The position numbers and the translations under genes are program-made. A stretch of 64,000 nt of DNA from an uncultured delta proteobacterium. GTDB lineage: Bacteria; Desulfobacterota; Binatia; Binatales; Binataceae. Numbering within the stretch: the first letter of the stretch is position 1; each line of letters starts with the position of its first letter. Shown piece after piece: positions 27,296-36,182 of the stretch. The stretch covers positions 736,001 to 800,000 of the forward strand of contig CAVRVY010000003.1 of assembly GCA_963724765.1 (NCBI GenBank), given 5' to 3'. The notes under the pieces are model-generated. The model worked only from the letters and a program-made list of their open reading frames with translations, made no database searches and was not told the DNA's origin.

Positions 27296-28462
27296 TCAAA
27301 AATTGCGCACCTGCTCGAGGTAGCCTTCGTAGTTGCGCGCGATCTCGGCCCGCGAATCGCCGCCGAACTTTTCCACGAACGCGTTGGCCAGTTCGAGCGC
27401 GACCACCGCCTCGGCGATAACCGCGGCGGCCGGAATTGCGCACACGTCGGAGCGCTCCGTGTTGCCGACCGATTCGACCTTGGTGCGGATGTCGGCCGAG
27501 CGCAGCGGACGCATCAGGGTCGACAGCGGTTTGAAGGCCACGCGCACGCGCAACGGCTCGCCGGTGGTCATCCCGCCCTCGGTGCCGCCGGAATTGTTGG
27601 AGTGGCGGATGAAGCGGCGCGCCGCCGCGTCGTAGGCGATTTCGTCATGGAGCGCCGAGCCGCGCGTCGCCGCGGCGCGAAAGCCCAGCCCCAGTTCGAC
27701 GCCCTTGACCGCCTGCAAGCTCAGCAGCACGTGCGCGAGGCGGCCGTCGAGCTTGCGGTCCCACTGCACGTGGCTGCCCAGCCCGACGGGCAATCCGGTG
27801 GCGACCACCTCGACTATGCCGCCGAGCGTGTCGCCGGTTTTTTTGCATTCATCGATCTCGGCGATTATCGCGCGCTCCGCTTCGGGATCCGCCACGCGCA
27901 CCTGCGACGCCTCGGTGATGCGTTTTAAGTCCTCGATGCTCAGGTCGGCGGGTGTCTGCGCTTCGGTCGATCCGATGCTCGCGACGTAACCGAGCGTGGT
28001 GATGCCGAAGGGCTCGAGTATCAGTTTGGCGAGCGAGCCGGCCGCGACCCGCATCGTGGTCTCGCGGGCCGAGGCGCGCTCGAGCACGTCGCGGATGTCG
28101 TCGAGGTTATATTTGAGCACGCCTGCGAGATCGGCATGTCCGGGGCGCGGCCGCGTGACCGGTTCAGCCTCGCCGCGGTCGGCCGGATCGACCGACATCC
28201 GCTTGAGCCAGTTCTTGAAATCGCGATTCTCGACGATCAGCGTGATCGGGCTACCCATCGAGCGCCCGAAGCGGATGCCCGAGACCACGCGCACCTCGTC
28301 GCGCTCGATCGCCATCCGTCCGCCCCGCCCGTAGCCTTTCTGGCGGCGCGCGAGGTCGTAGTTGATTTTCGCCAGGTCGATATCGAAGCCGGCCGGGTAG
28401 CCTTCCACCACCGCGACCAGTTCGGGGCCGTGCGATTCACCGGCTGTCAGGAAACGCAGCAT
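27296..28462 (-). CDS. aroC: Chorismate synthase
   Basis: FLTAGESHG, RPRPGHADL, ERASARET, NNSGGTEGG, ERSDVC. Confidence 0.97.
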   Translation of the reverse strand: MLRFLTAGESHGPELVAVVEGYPAGFDIDLAKINYDLARRQKGYGRGGRMAIERDEVRVVSGIRFGRSMGSPITLIVENRDFKNWLKRMSVDPADRGEAEPVTRPRPGHADLAGVLKYNLDDIRDVLERASARETTMRVAAGSLAKLILEPFGITTLGYVASIGSTEAQTPADLSIEDLKRITEASQVRVADPEAERAIIAEIDECKKTGDTLGGIVEVVATGLPVGLGSHVQWDRKLDGRLAHVLLSLQAVKGVELGLGFRAAATRGSALHDEIAYDAAARRFIRHSNNSGGTEGGMTTGEPLRVRVAFKPLSTLMRPLRSADIRTKVESVGNTERSDVCAIPAAAVIAEAVVALELANAFVEKFGGDSRAEIARNYEGYLEQVRNF

Positions 28463-28510
28463 CTTGGGACCGTCCGTCGGCGAAGGCGGCGGCCAGGGCC
28501 GCGTCCCGCG

Positions 28511-28540
28511 CCAGTCGATTCAACCAGTCGATTCAACCAG
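28511..28540. repeat. Perfect 13-bp tandem repeat (CCAGTCGATTCAA x2.3) between divergent aroC and the HdeD-like gene
   Basis: ccagtcgattcaa ccagtcgattcaa ccag. Confidence 0.9.
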
Positions 28541-28705
28541 AGTCGGCGCGGCGGGGAAAGCCGGTCCGCGAGGCGGATTTCTTCGGTTTGGAGTGTGTAC
28601 GGCGCAGTCGCTGGGCGATGGCGTATCGGGACGGGACTGTGCTAGCGCTGACGCAGAGCGAAAACCTTGTCGGGCGTACGCATAACGCGTCAAAGGAGCC
28701 AGATC

Positions 28706-29275
28706 ATGACCCCGCTAGTCCTGAGTTCCGGAATCGACGAAGTACGCAAACATTCGGCATGGTTCCTCGCGATCGGAATCGCACTCGTTATCCTTGGCAT
28801 GATCGCGATCGGGTACGCGGTCGAGATGACCATTGTCTCTGTTTTGTTTCTCGGCTGGCTGTTGATTATCGCCGGCCTGTTCGAGGTGATTCACGGCTTC
28901 AAGCGCCGGCCGTGGGGCGGCTTTTTCATCAATTTGCTGGGCGGGGTGCTGTACGCGGTGGCCGGCCTGGTGATGGTCACACGTCCGGCGCTGGCGGCCG
29001 TCAGTTTGACGCTCGTGATTGCTATCGTATTGATCGTTGCCGGCCTGTTCCGTCTCTTTATCGCTTTCTCGACGCCGCTGCATCATCGCGGATGGCTCAT
29101 CCTAAATGGCGCGATTTCGATCATCCTGGGCGTCATGATCTGGGACTCGTGGCCGGTATCCGGGCTCTGGGTGATCGGAATGTTCATCGGTATCGATATG
29201 ATCTTCGACGGCTGGACTGAAATCATGCTCGCATTGAGCGCGCGCAGCCTGCCGGCCAGCCCGGTTCCGGCATAG
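28706..29275 (+). CDS. HdeD/DUF308-family membrane protein
   Basis: Six TM helices, WFLAIGIALVILG, GWLILNG, WVIGMFIGIDMIFDG; AAGGAG SD. Confidence 0.85.
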   Translation: MTPLVLSSGIDEVRKHSAWFLAIGIALVILGMIAIGYAVEMTIVSVLFLGWLLIIAGLFEVIHGFKRRPWGGFFINLLGGVLYAVAGLVMVTRPALAAVSLTLVIAIVLIVAGLFRLFIAFSTPLHHRGWLILNGAISIILGVMIWDSWPVSGLWVIGMFIGIDMIFDGWTEIMLALSARSLPASPVPA

Positions 29276-29310
29276 ATCGGCGTCCCGCCCGTAAAGCAGC
29301 AGACGCGCTC

Positions 29311-31701
29311 TTACAATGACGGTAACGGTACGGTCAGCGCGTCATATACCGTGATTCTCGGCCCATAGGCGGCCTGAAATACGCCGATGCCATTGGCGGG
29401 CCGGATCAGGTTGGTCCGGTCGAAAATGTTGATCAGCACGATGCGGTTCGTGAACGTGCCGAGTCCCGGTATCACGAAATTCCGGGCGGCGCTCAGGTTG
29501 AACTGCCATACCTTCGGAAGCTGGTTCTCGTTTGCGAAGCCTCCACGCAGTCCGCTGCTGAACAGGCCGTCGATGGTGAACTGGTAGCTCTTCCATCTAT
29601 ATGCGGCGCCGCCCGACGCGCCGACCAGCGGCGTGTGATCGAGCACTATGAAATGACGGTCGATCTGCGCGACCTCATCAGCAGGGAAGTTGTACTGTCC
29701 GCTGGCAACGCCGATGTCCTCTTCGCGGGCCACGAAGACGTTCGCGCGCACGGCCAGGTTCTCGAGGTTGTAGGTCAGCGAGTTCTCCGTGCCGCCGCCG
29801 TAACCTCGAACGTAATTGAAGGGCGCGTCGATCGGCACGAAACCGAACTGTCCCTCGTCAAGATAGTGCCGATCGATGCGGAAGTAATTGTCCTGGGCGA
29901 AGGCCAGACGCGGTGTGAACTGATGCGTGAATCCGGCGTCCCAGGTGTAGTCGGTTTCGGTATCCGGTGAAGTGTTGCCGCTCGGGCTGGTACCATCGGC
30001 GCCCGTCGTGCCGGCGAACAGTTTGAAGATGCCCGATGAAACGTTCTGAAAGTTGGGTATCTGGAAATTTCTCGCGAAGCCGGCGTGTACGGTGGTATTT
30101 TTCTGCGCCTTGTATATGAAATTGAGCGCGGGGCTGAACTGACTATTGATGGTGAATCCGGTTACGCGGTCCCAGCGCGATCCGATATTCAAGCTCAGCC
30201 TGTCGGTGATTTGCCAGGTATCCTGAAGATATACGCCATAGACCAGGTTGATCCTGTTCATGTTCGCGGATACGGATATCGGAGTAGTCTCCGGCTGTCC
30301 CATCAAGATCGGAAAGACCTGCGAGCGCTGATCCGATTCGACGCCGTACTCGCCGAAATAAAATCCGCCGCGCAGCGCATGCTGAGCGCCCAGCCGATAA
30401 GTCAGGTCGCCCGCAAACGTGTTGGAGAAGTCGCTGGTGAACACGTTTGACGCGATTCCCTGGTAAATGAGGTCGCTAATCGGATCGGGATTAAACGTCT
30501 GCCTGTTGTAGTGCGCGGTATACGCGACCTGGTAGTCGGCGTTAGATCCGATGATGCCGTTAAGCGCGAACACTCCATAGTAGTCCTGCTGGTCGAGGCC
30601 CGAATCGATCGCGCTTGACGGATGGAGGGCCGGATTGACGTGGTCGAGCTGAAACTCAGGCGTTTGATTGGGCTGGTTTGGAAATTGATTGCTCGCCACC
30701 GTCATACCCGAGATCAGGCTCAATTTGGTGGCCGGATTCAACTCGTACGTCAGATAGGCGAATCCCTGTCCCTGCTGTGCCGCATCGTGAAGCGGATCGG
30801 GCGCCGCCACCGCGGAACTGAATCCCAGATTGGATTGAAAATAAAGACCGGTAAGGTAATAATTGAAATTGCCGTCGCATCCGCCAAGCTCGAAACTAGG
30901 CTGCACGGTGTCGCGCTGCCCGCCGGAGATTGTGAACTCGTTGTGCCCGCCGTCGCATCCGTTCTTGGTGTGAATGTCGATCACGCCGGAGGTCCGGTAG
31001 CCATACTGCGCGGGCAGGACCCCATCCATCAGGCTCACGCTTTTGACGAAGTATGAGTTGAGCAATTGCGTGAAGGTCGGATCGCTATTGATGTCGAGCG
31101 GCAGCAGAATCCCGTTCATCTGGTATTGGATGCCCATGTGCTCGCCGCGGATGTGAATCTCCTGGTTCTGATCCAGCGCCACGCCGGGCATTTGGAGCAT
31201 CACCTGGTTAAGCGGCGTCGCCTCGCCTTCGGGGAGATTCGCGATATCGCGCGCGCTCAGCGTGTACTTGTTGGTTCCGCTCGCGGACAGCCCGTTCTGC
31301 GCGCTGATCCTGGTGGCGCTTACGGGAACGGTCAGCGCCTCTTGCGCTTCCAGTACCAGGTCCAGATGCTTACCGGAGATCTTGGGCAGGATGATGATCA
31401 TCGTTCCCGGTTTGAAGCCTTTCTTCCGACTCACGAGCGCATAAGTTCCGGCTTTGCCCTGGGGTAGCCGAAACAGACCTCGATCGTCAGTGATTGCCTG
31501 CGCGATCGTGTGTCCGCCGACGGATTGCAGCGTCACAGTGGCATGCGCTATCGGCCGGCCAAGCGCGTCCTTAACCGTGCCCGCGATATATCGTGCGACG
31601 GACTGCTTTTGACTGGCCCGGGCCGCGCCGCCAAGTATCATCAGAGAAAGTATCAGTCTCAGCGCTGGGAGAAGCAGTGCGCAGGTCTTTGCGCGCGCCA
31701 T
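29311..31701 (-). CDS. TonB-dependent receptor with an N-terminal carboxypeptidase-regulatory-like domain
   Basis: Signal peptide, IAGTVKDALGRPI..ATVTL, plug MPGV..IHIRGEH..QYQMNG, PAQYG.RTSGVIDI, aromatic-rich barrel strands; start uncertain. Confidence 0.88.
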   Translation of the reverse strand: MARAKTCALLLPALRLILSLMILGGAARASQKQSVARYIAGTVKDALGRPIAHATVTLQSVGGHTIAQAITDDRGLFRLPQGKAGTYALVSRKKGFKPGTMIIILPKISGKHLDLVLEAQEALTVPVSATRISAQNGLSASGTNKYTLSARDIANLPEGEATPLNQVMLQMPGVALDQNQEIHIRGEHMGIQYQMNGILLPLDINSDPTFTQLLNSYFVKSVSLMDGVLPAQYGYRTSGVIDIHTKNGCDGGHNEFTISGGQRDTVQPSFELGGCDGNFNYYLTGLYFQSNLGFSSAVAAPDPLHDAAQQGQGFAYLTYELNPATKLSLISGMTVASNQFPNQPNQTPEFQLDHVNPALHPSSAIDSGLDQQDYYGVFALNGIIGSNADYQVAYTAHYNRQTFNPDPISDLIYQGIASNVFTSDFSNTFAGDLTYRLGAQHALRGGFYFGEYGVESDQRSQVFPILMGQPETTPISVSANMNRINLVYGVYLQDTWQITDRLSLNIGSRWDRVTGFTINSQFSPALNFIYKAQKNTTVHAGFARNFQIPNFQNVSSGIFKLFAGTTGADGTSPSGNTSPDTETDYTWDAGFTHQFTPRLAFAQDNYFRIDRHYLDEGQFGFVPIDAPFNYVRGYGGGTENSLTYNLENLAVRANVFVAREEDIGVASGQYNFPADEVAQIDRHFIVLDHTPLVGASGGAAYRWKSYQFTIDGLFSSGLRGGFANENQLPKVWQFNLSAARNFVIPGLGTFTNRIVLINIFDRTNLIRPANGIGVFQAAYGPRITVYDALTVPLPSL

Positions 31702-31824
31702 TTCATAATGATTTCGCAAGTGCCCGGCGGTTGAGACAACTGTGGGTCGCGAAAAGGTGTTTCTCAAGGTAAAGCCTCTCCGAGCCCGCCGTTTGGCGAG
31801 CGAGTGCCGCACCAATCCGCCAGG

Positions 31825-31889
31825 AGGGCAAACCTTACCCTTCTGCAAGAGGGCGTTACTTACCCTCTGTACAGGGCCTCATTTGCCCC
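31825..31889 (-). promoter_or_regulatory. Candidate structured RNA (three-way junction) in the receptor leader
   Basis: mRNA GGGGCAAA/UUUGCCCU stem encloses two similar CCCU..AGGG hairpins. Confidence 0.45.
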
Positions 31890-31933
31890 GAGCGCGAATC
31901 GGTGAAACTTCGAACGAGCGATTTTTACAGGCG

Positions 31934-32299
31934 CTATACGAGAGCGGGGGGAGGCCGCGCGGCTTGCGGCAAATCTTTCAAGCCGCAATTGATGAACGGA
32001 GTGACCGTGAAGGCTGATTTTTCGGGAAAATCACAAATTGCCGCAAGCGCGACGTGTTCGAATGGGCTGTCGAAGTGCCAGTGACCTAATCGGTTCGGAT
32101 CCCCGTTGACGGCCGCTGGCTGATGCCCATGTACGTCGTAAGCGTGGGCCCCGTGCTCATGATAGGAATCGAGGGGCTCTTTGCGATGATGGTGGTGATG
32201 GTTGTCGCCGTGATCATGCTCCGGCGCGATGCGTCCATCGTGATGGTGATGGACGTGCGGGTGATTTCCTCCACGGTGGCGATGGTAAATCGCGCTCAT
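31934..32299 (-). CDS. His-rich protein with C-terminal ARPPP (RAPP-like) motif; putative leader/arrest peptide
   Basis: HPHVHHHH, HDHGDNHHHHH, GHWH, ends QAARPPPALV*; co-oriented upstream of the TonB-dependent receptor. Confidence 0.7.
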   Translation of the reverse strand: MSAIYHRHRGGNHPHVHHHHDGRIAPEHDHGDNHHHHHRKEPLDSYHEHGAHAYDVHGHQPAAVNGDPNRLGHWHFDSPFEHVALAAICDFPEKSAFTVTPFINCGLKDLPQAARPPPALV

Positions 32300-32514
32300 G
32301 ATCGCAAACGCAAATTACTCCTCCGAGCGGCAACCACAAAACGCGACCGCTCGGTTCGGTGGCAGCGCTTACAGGCACTGGCTGCGCTGGTTGAAGATAC
32401 GTAGCCCGCGCACATCGCCGATTTACCTGATTGCTGCACGGCAGTGGTGCGCGCCGCCGCGCGAGAGCGGTTGCCGGCGCCCCTGCGCCATGTAAATTGC
32501 CAGTGGCAATCGCG

Positions 32515-35082
32515 ATGCAGGCGAAGGTGATCCTTATCGGCGCGGCGCGGGGCGTGGGTCAACTGATCTACGCCATTCCGCAGGCGCTCGAGGGCCGCGT
32601 CGAGCGCGGCCATCGGGTGATCGTGCCGCTGCGTTCGCGCCGCCTGACCGGCATCGTAATCGAAGTCGGAGAGCGGCTGGAGGCCGGCGCTGGCGCGCTC
32701 AAGCCGATCCTCGAGCTTCCCGAGTCGCGCCCACTCTACGACCGCGCCCATCTCGGGCTCATCGAGTTCATGGCGTCGTACTATATGGCGCCGCTGGGCG
32801 ACGCGATGCAGAGCGTGGTTCCGGCTGCCGCGCGGATCGAGTCGCGCAAGGTCCTTCGGCTCGCCGCATCTCCCGACCCCTTGCGCGAGGCGGCGCTGAC
32901 GCCGATGGAGCGCGCGATTATCGAAGCGCTCGGCCGCCGCGCGATGACGGCGCGCGAACTCGCCCGGCTGGGCGAGCGGCGCGAAGTCACCTCCGCACTC
33001 GCCCTTCTCGCCGCCGAACGAATCGTGGAGACGGGAGAAGCCACCCGCGGCCGCCATCGAAGCGCGAGCGCCGTGCGCCTTGCACCCGGGGCTCGCGCGG
33101 CCACGAAACTTCGCGGCGCCCGGCAGCGTGAGATCATGCGCCTGCTCGGTGAGGCCGCGCCCGAAGCGCTCGCGCTCGAAGAATTGGAAGAACAGATTCC
33201 CGGCGCGCGAGTCGCGGTGCGCGCCCTCGCGGAGCGCGGAATCGTGGAGGTCGAGTCAGCGCCGCGGACCGGTGCGATGCGGTATCCGGGCAGCGCGGAC
33301 TTATCCGCTACAGAAGTGTCCGCTACAGAAGTGTCCGGTTGCGAAGTGTCCGGCAGCGCGCAAGCGTCCGCTGCGTCCGGCGTCGGCGATTTCGATTTGA
33401 TGCCCGAGCAGGCGGCCGCAATCGAGACCGTCATGCCTGCCGTCATCGATGCGCGCGAGGGCACCTTTCTCTTGTGGGGCGTCACCGCCAGCGGCAAGAC
33501 CGAGGTCTATCTGAAGCTCGCGGCGGCGGCTCTGGAAGCCGGCCGGCAGGTGCTGTTGCTGGTGCCCGAGATAGCGCTCGCGGATCAGATCGTCAGATCG
33601 TTTCGCGCCCGCTTCGGCCCGCTGGTGGCCGTGGCGCACAGCGCGCAGAACGTGGCCGAGCGATGGGCGAGCTGGATGGCCGCTCTGGGGGGGCAGGCGC
33701 GAATCATGATCGGTCCGCGCTCGGCGATCTTCGCTCCGCTAAGCGGCCTGGGACTGATCGTAGTCGACGAGGAGCACGACCCCGCCTACAAACAGGAAGA
33801 AGGAATTCGCTACAACGCGCGCGACCTCGCCGTGGTGCTGGGGCGACTCGCGCAATGCCCGGTGGTGCTGGGCTCGGCGACGCCGTCGTCCGAGTCGTTC
33901 TACAACACAAGGCGCGGGCGCTACCGGCTGCTGCGGATGGCGCGGCGGGTGATGGAGCGGCCGATGGCGGCGGTCGAGATAGTCGACCTGCGCGCGGAAT
34001 TCAAAAAAGATCCGGCGCGTGAAAAGAACGGCGCGGCAGCCGGCGCCGCGAAAAAGCTCGACCAGCCGCGTGCGGTGCCGCTCTCGGCGCCGCTGCTCGA
34101 TGCGCTGCGCGCCAATCTCGCCGCGGGTGGGCAAAGCGTGGTGTTTCTCAACCGCCGGGGCTTCCATAACTTTCTGCAATGCCATCTCTGCGGCATCGTG
34201 ATCTCCTGTGCTAATTGCAGCGTCAGCATGACGTTCCACATGCGTGACCGTTCGCTGCGATGCCATTGGTGTGGCGCGCATGCGCCGGCGCCCGAAGCGT
34301 GTCCCGAGTGCAACGGCTTCGGCCTGGTGGGCCAGGGCTTTGGCACCGAGCGGCTAACGGAGGCGCTGGCCGCGATGCTGCCGCAGGCGCGGATCGAGCG
34401 GATGGACAGCGACACCAGCGGGCGGCGCGGGATGCGCCTGGAGCTGGTCGAGCGCCTGCGCCGCGGCGAGATCGACGTGATGGTCGGCACGCAGATGATC
34501 ACCAAGGGGTTTGACTTGCCGGGCGTGACGCTGGTCGGCGTGGTGCTGGCCGACCTCGGGCTCAACCTGCCCGACTTCCGCGCCGCGGAACGAACCTTTC
34601 AACTGCTGACTCAAGTTGCGGGGCGCGCGGGCCGCGGCGAGCGGATGGGGCGCGTGCTGATCCAGACCTACGCGCCGCATCACTACAGTATTCGTGCCGC
34701 GCGCGACCAGGACTACGACCGCTTCATCCGGCGCGAGCTGCGATTGCGCCAGGAACTGGGATGGCCGCCGTACTCGCGGATGGCGCTGGTGCGAATCGAG
34801 GGGGCCGACGCCGCCGCGGTGGCCGCGATGGCGGAGCGGGCGGCCAAGGCGCTTCGGGGCCAGGTCGGGGCCGCAAAGGTTGACGCGATGCGCGTGCTCG
34901 GGCCTGCACCGGCGCCGATCGAGCGGCTGCGCGGGCGCTATCGATGGCAGGTCGTAGTGAGATCGACCGAGGCGGCGGCGATGCGCGCGGCGCTCGCGTC
35001 GATGCAGGCGCAGCTTGGCGGGCGCGACGCGCGCGGCGGGGTCTTCGTCGGTATCGACCTTGACCCGGTCAACATGCTGTGA
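32515..35082 (+). CDS. priA: Primosomal protein N'
   Basis: GVTASGKTEVY, VPEIAL, DEEHD, SATPS, four CxxC pairs, GTQMITKG, QVAGRAGR. Confidence 0.96.
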   Translation: MQAKVILIGAARGVGQLIYAIPQALEGRVERGHRVIVPLRSRRLTGIVIEVGERLEAGAGALKPILELPESRPLYDRAHLGLIEFMASYYMAPLGDAMQSVVPAAARIESRKVLRLAASPDPLREAALTPMERAIIEALGRRAMTARELARLGERREVTSALALLAAERIVETGEATRGRHRSASAVRLAPGARAATKLRGARQREIMRLLGEAAPEALALEELEEQIPGARVAVRALAERGIVEVESAPRTGAMRYPGSADLSATEVSATEVSGCEVSGSAQASAASGVGDFDLMPEQAAAIETVMPAVIDAREGTFLLWGVTASGKTEVYLKLAAAALEAGRQVLLLVPEIALADQIVRSFRARFGPLVAVAHSAQNVAERWASWMAALGGQARIMIGPRSAIFAPLSGLGLIVVDEEHDPAYKQEEGIRYNARDLAVVLGRLAQCPVVLGSATPSSESFYNTRRGRYRLLRMARRVMERPMAAVEIVDLRAEFKKDPAREKNGAAAGAAKKLDQPRAVPLSAPLLDALRANLAAGGQSVVFLNRRGFHNFLQCHLCGIVISCANCSVSMTFHMRDRSLRCHWCGAHAPAPEACPECNGFGLVGQGFGTERLTEALAAMLPQARIERMDSDTSGRRGMRLELVERLRRGEIDVMVGTQMITKGFDLPGVTLVGVVLADLGLNLPDFRAAERTFQLLTQVAGRAGRGERMGRVLIQTYAPHHYSIRAARDQDYDRFIRRELRLRQELGWPPYSRMALVRIEGADAAAVAAMAERAAKALRGQVGAAKVDAMRVLGPAPAPIERLRGRYRWQVVVRSTEAAAMRAALASMQAQLGGRDARGGVFVGIDLDPVNML
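33304..33358 (+). repeat. In-frame 15-bp tandem repeat in the priA linker (SATEV-SATEV-SGCEV-SGS)
   Basis: tccgctacagaagtg x2, tccggttgcgaagtg, tccggcagcg. Confidence 0.85.
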
Positions 35083-35188
35083 GGCTTCGCGATGCTCTGA
35101 GCCTGCGCGAGCGCGGGCGGCGGCTGGTGAAAACCGACGCACGTTTGATAGGGTACAAGGTTGCTACCCAAGTTCTGAGGAGAACCCC

Positions 35189-35569
35189 ATGATTGACCAT
35201 GCCAGTATCGAGAGCCTGACCGCCGCCGTGCAGCGCTATTTCGACCTCATGTACGATGGAGACACTTCGCGCTGGGACCGCGTTTTTCGTACGACCGCCC
35301 AACTGCATGGGCTTCGCGAAGGCAAGATGGCGATGTTCACCTCCCAGGGATATAAGGAGCTGACGGCCAGCCGGCCGTCGCCGAAATCTCTGAGTGCTCC
35401 TCGCGAAGAAGAGATCCTGCTGATGGACTTCGCGTCACCGACCCAGGCGCTCGTTAAGGTGCGCGTCCGGATCAACAAGACCGTATACGTGGATCATCTC
35501 ACCTATCACCGGGTTGATGGTGAATGGCTGATCAGCTCGAAGGGCTTCCACGTCGAGCGCAACGATTAG
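35189..35569 (+). CDS. NTF2/SnoaL-like (lumazine-binding-like) protein
   Basis: VQRYFDLMYDGD, VF..TAQL, ALVKV, YVDHLT..DGEWLISSK; GAGGAG SD. Confidence 0.8.
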   Translation: MIDHASIESLTAAVQRYFDLMYDGDTSRWDRVFRTTAQLHGLREGKMAMFTSQGYKELTASRPSPKSLSAPREEEILLMDFASPTQALVKVRVRINKTVYVDHLTYHRVDGEWLISSKGFHVERND

Positions 35570-35694
35570 CCGATCCGCTCGCCGACTGAAGCAAGGTTTT
35601 TTAGGCACGGACGGCCTACGCAGGCGGCAAGCGCGGAGTTTGTGCGCCGCCCGCCCGCACACAGCCGCCCGATGCTTGCGCCAGCGCGCGCCGC

Positions 35695-36030
35695 TTAGAG
35701 CTTCTCGATCCGCACCGCCGTGCCGTAGGCTGCGATCTCGCTCATGATGTTGCCGATCTCGTTGCAATCAAAGCGCATCGCGACCACGGCGTTGCCGCCC
35801 TTCTCCATCGCGGCCAGGCGCAGCCGGCCGATCGCCTGTTCGCGGCTGTCGGAGAGCAATTGCGTATAGCCGGCGACCTCGCCGCCAAAAATCGTGCGCA
35901 GTCCTGCGCCCATGTTGGAGAAAGCGTTGCGCGCCCGGCAGATCAGGCCGAAAACTTCGCCATATACGGCCACGATCTTGTAGCCTGGGACGTCGTTCAT
36001 GGTAGAGACTAAAACAGTGTCGTTGTCCAT
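35695..36030 (-). CDS. YbjQ/UPF0145 family protein
   Basis: GEVFG..RARN, GGEV.GYTQLL.DSREQA, GGNAVVAMRFD, AYGTAV. Confidence 0.9.
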   Translation of the reverse strand: MDNDTVLVSTMNDVPGYKIVAVYGEVFGLICRARNAFSNMGAGLRTIFGGEVAGYTQLLSDSREQAIGRLRLAAMEKGGNAVVAMRFDCNEIGNIMSEIAAYGTAVRIEKL

Positions 36031-36106
36031 AAACAGACCATAACCATGGTAAGCGCGGCTGACAACGTCAAAACGCAAATCTAATTCAACTCAAAGGCCG
36101 CGGCGA

Positions 36107-36172
36107 AAAATTGCCAGGCAAAATTGCTAGACAGAATTGTTAAAACAAAATTGTTAAACAAAGTTGTTAAAA
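36107..36172. repeat. AT-rich degenerate 13-14 bp direct repeat, five copies
   Basis: aaaattgccaggc / aaaattgctagac / agaattgttaaaac / aaaattgttaaac / aaagttgttaaaa. Confidence 0.85.
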
Positions 36173-36182
36173 TAGACCCGCG

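Noticed and set aside
31702-31933. Cobalamin or c-di-GMP-I riboswitch before the TonB-dependent receptor
   Set aside because: No B12-box elements; GGGCAAACC lies on the non-coding strand and lacks the GAAA loop and GACGCAAAGC
32359-32373. CxxCH (CKRCH) heme-binding motif in the minus-strand ORF 32296-33057
   Set aside because: The ORF is mostly antisense to priA and has no signal peptide; likely chance
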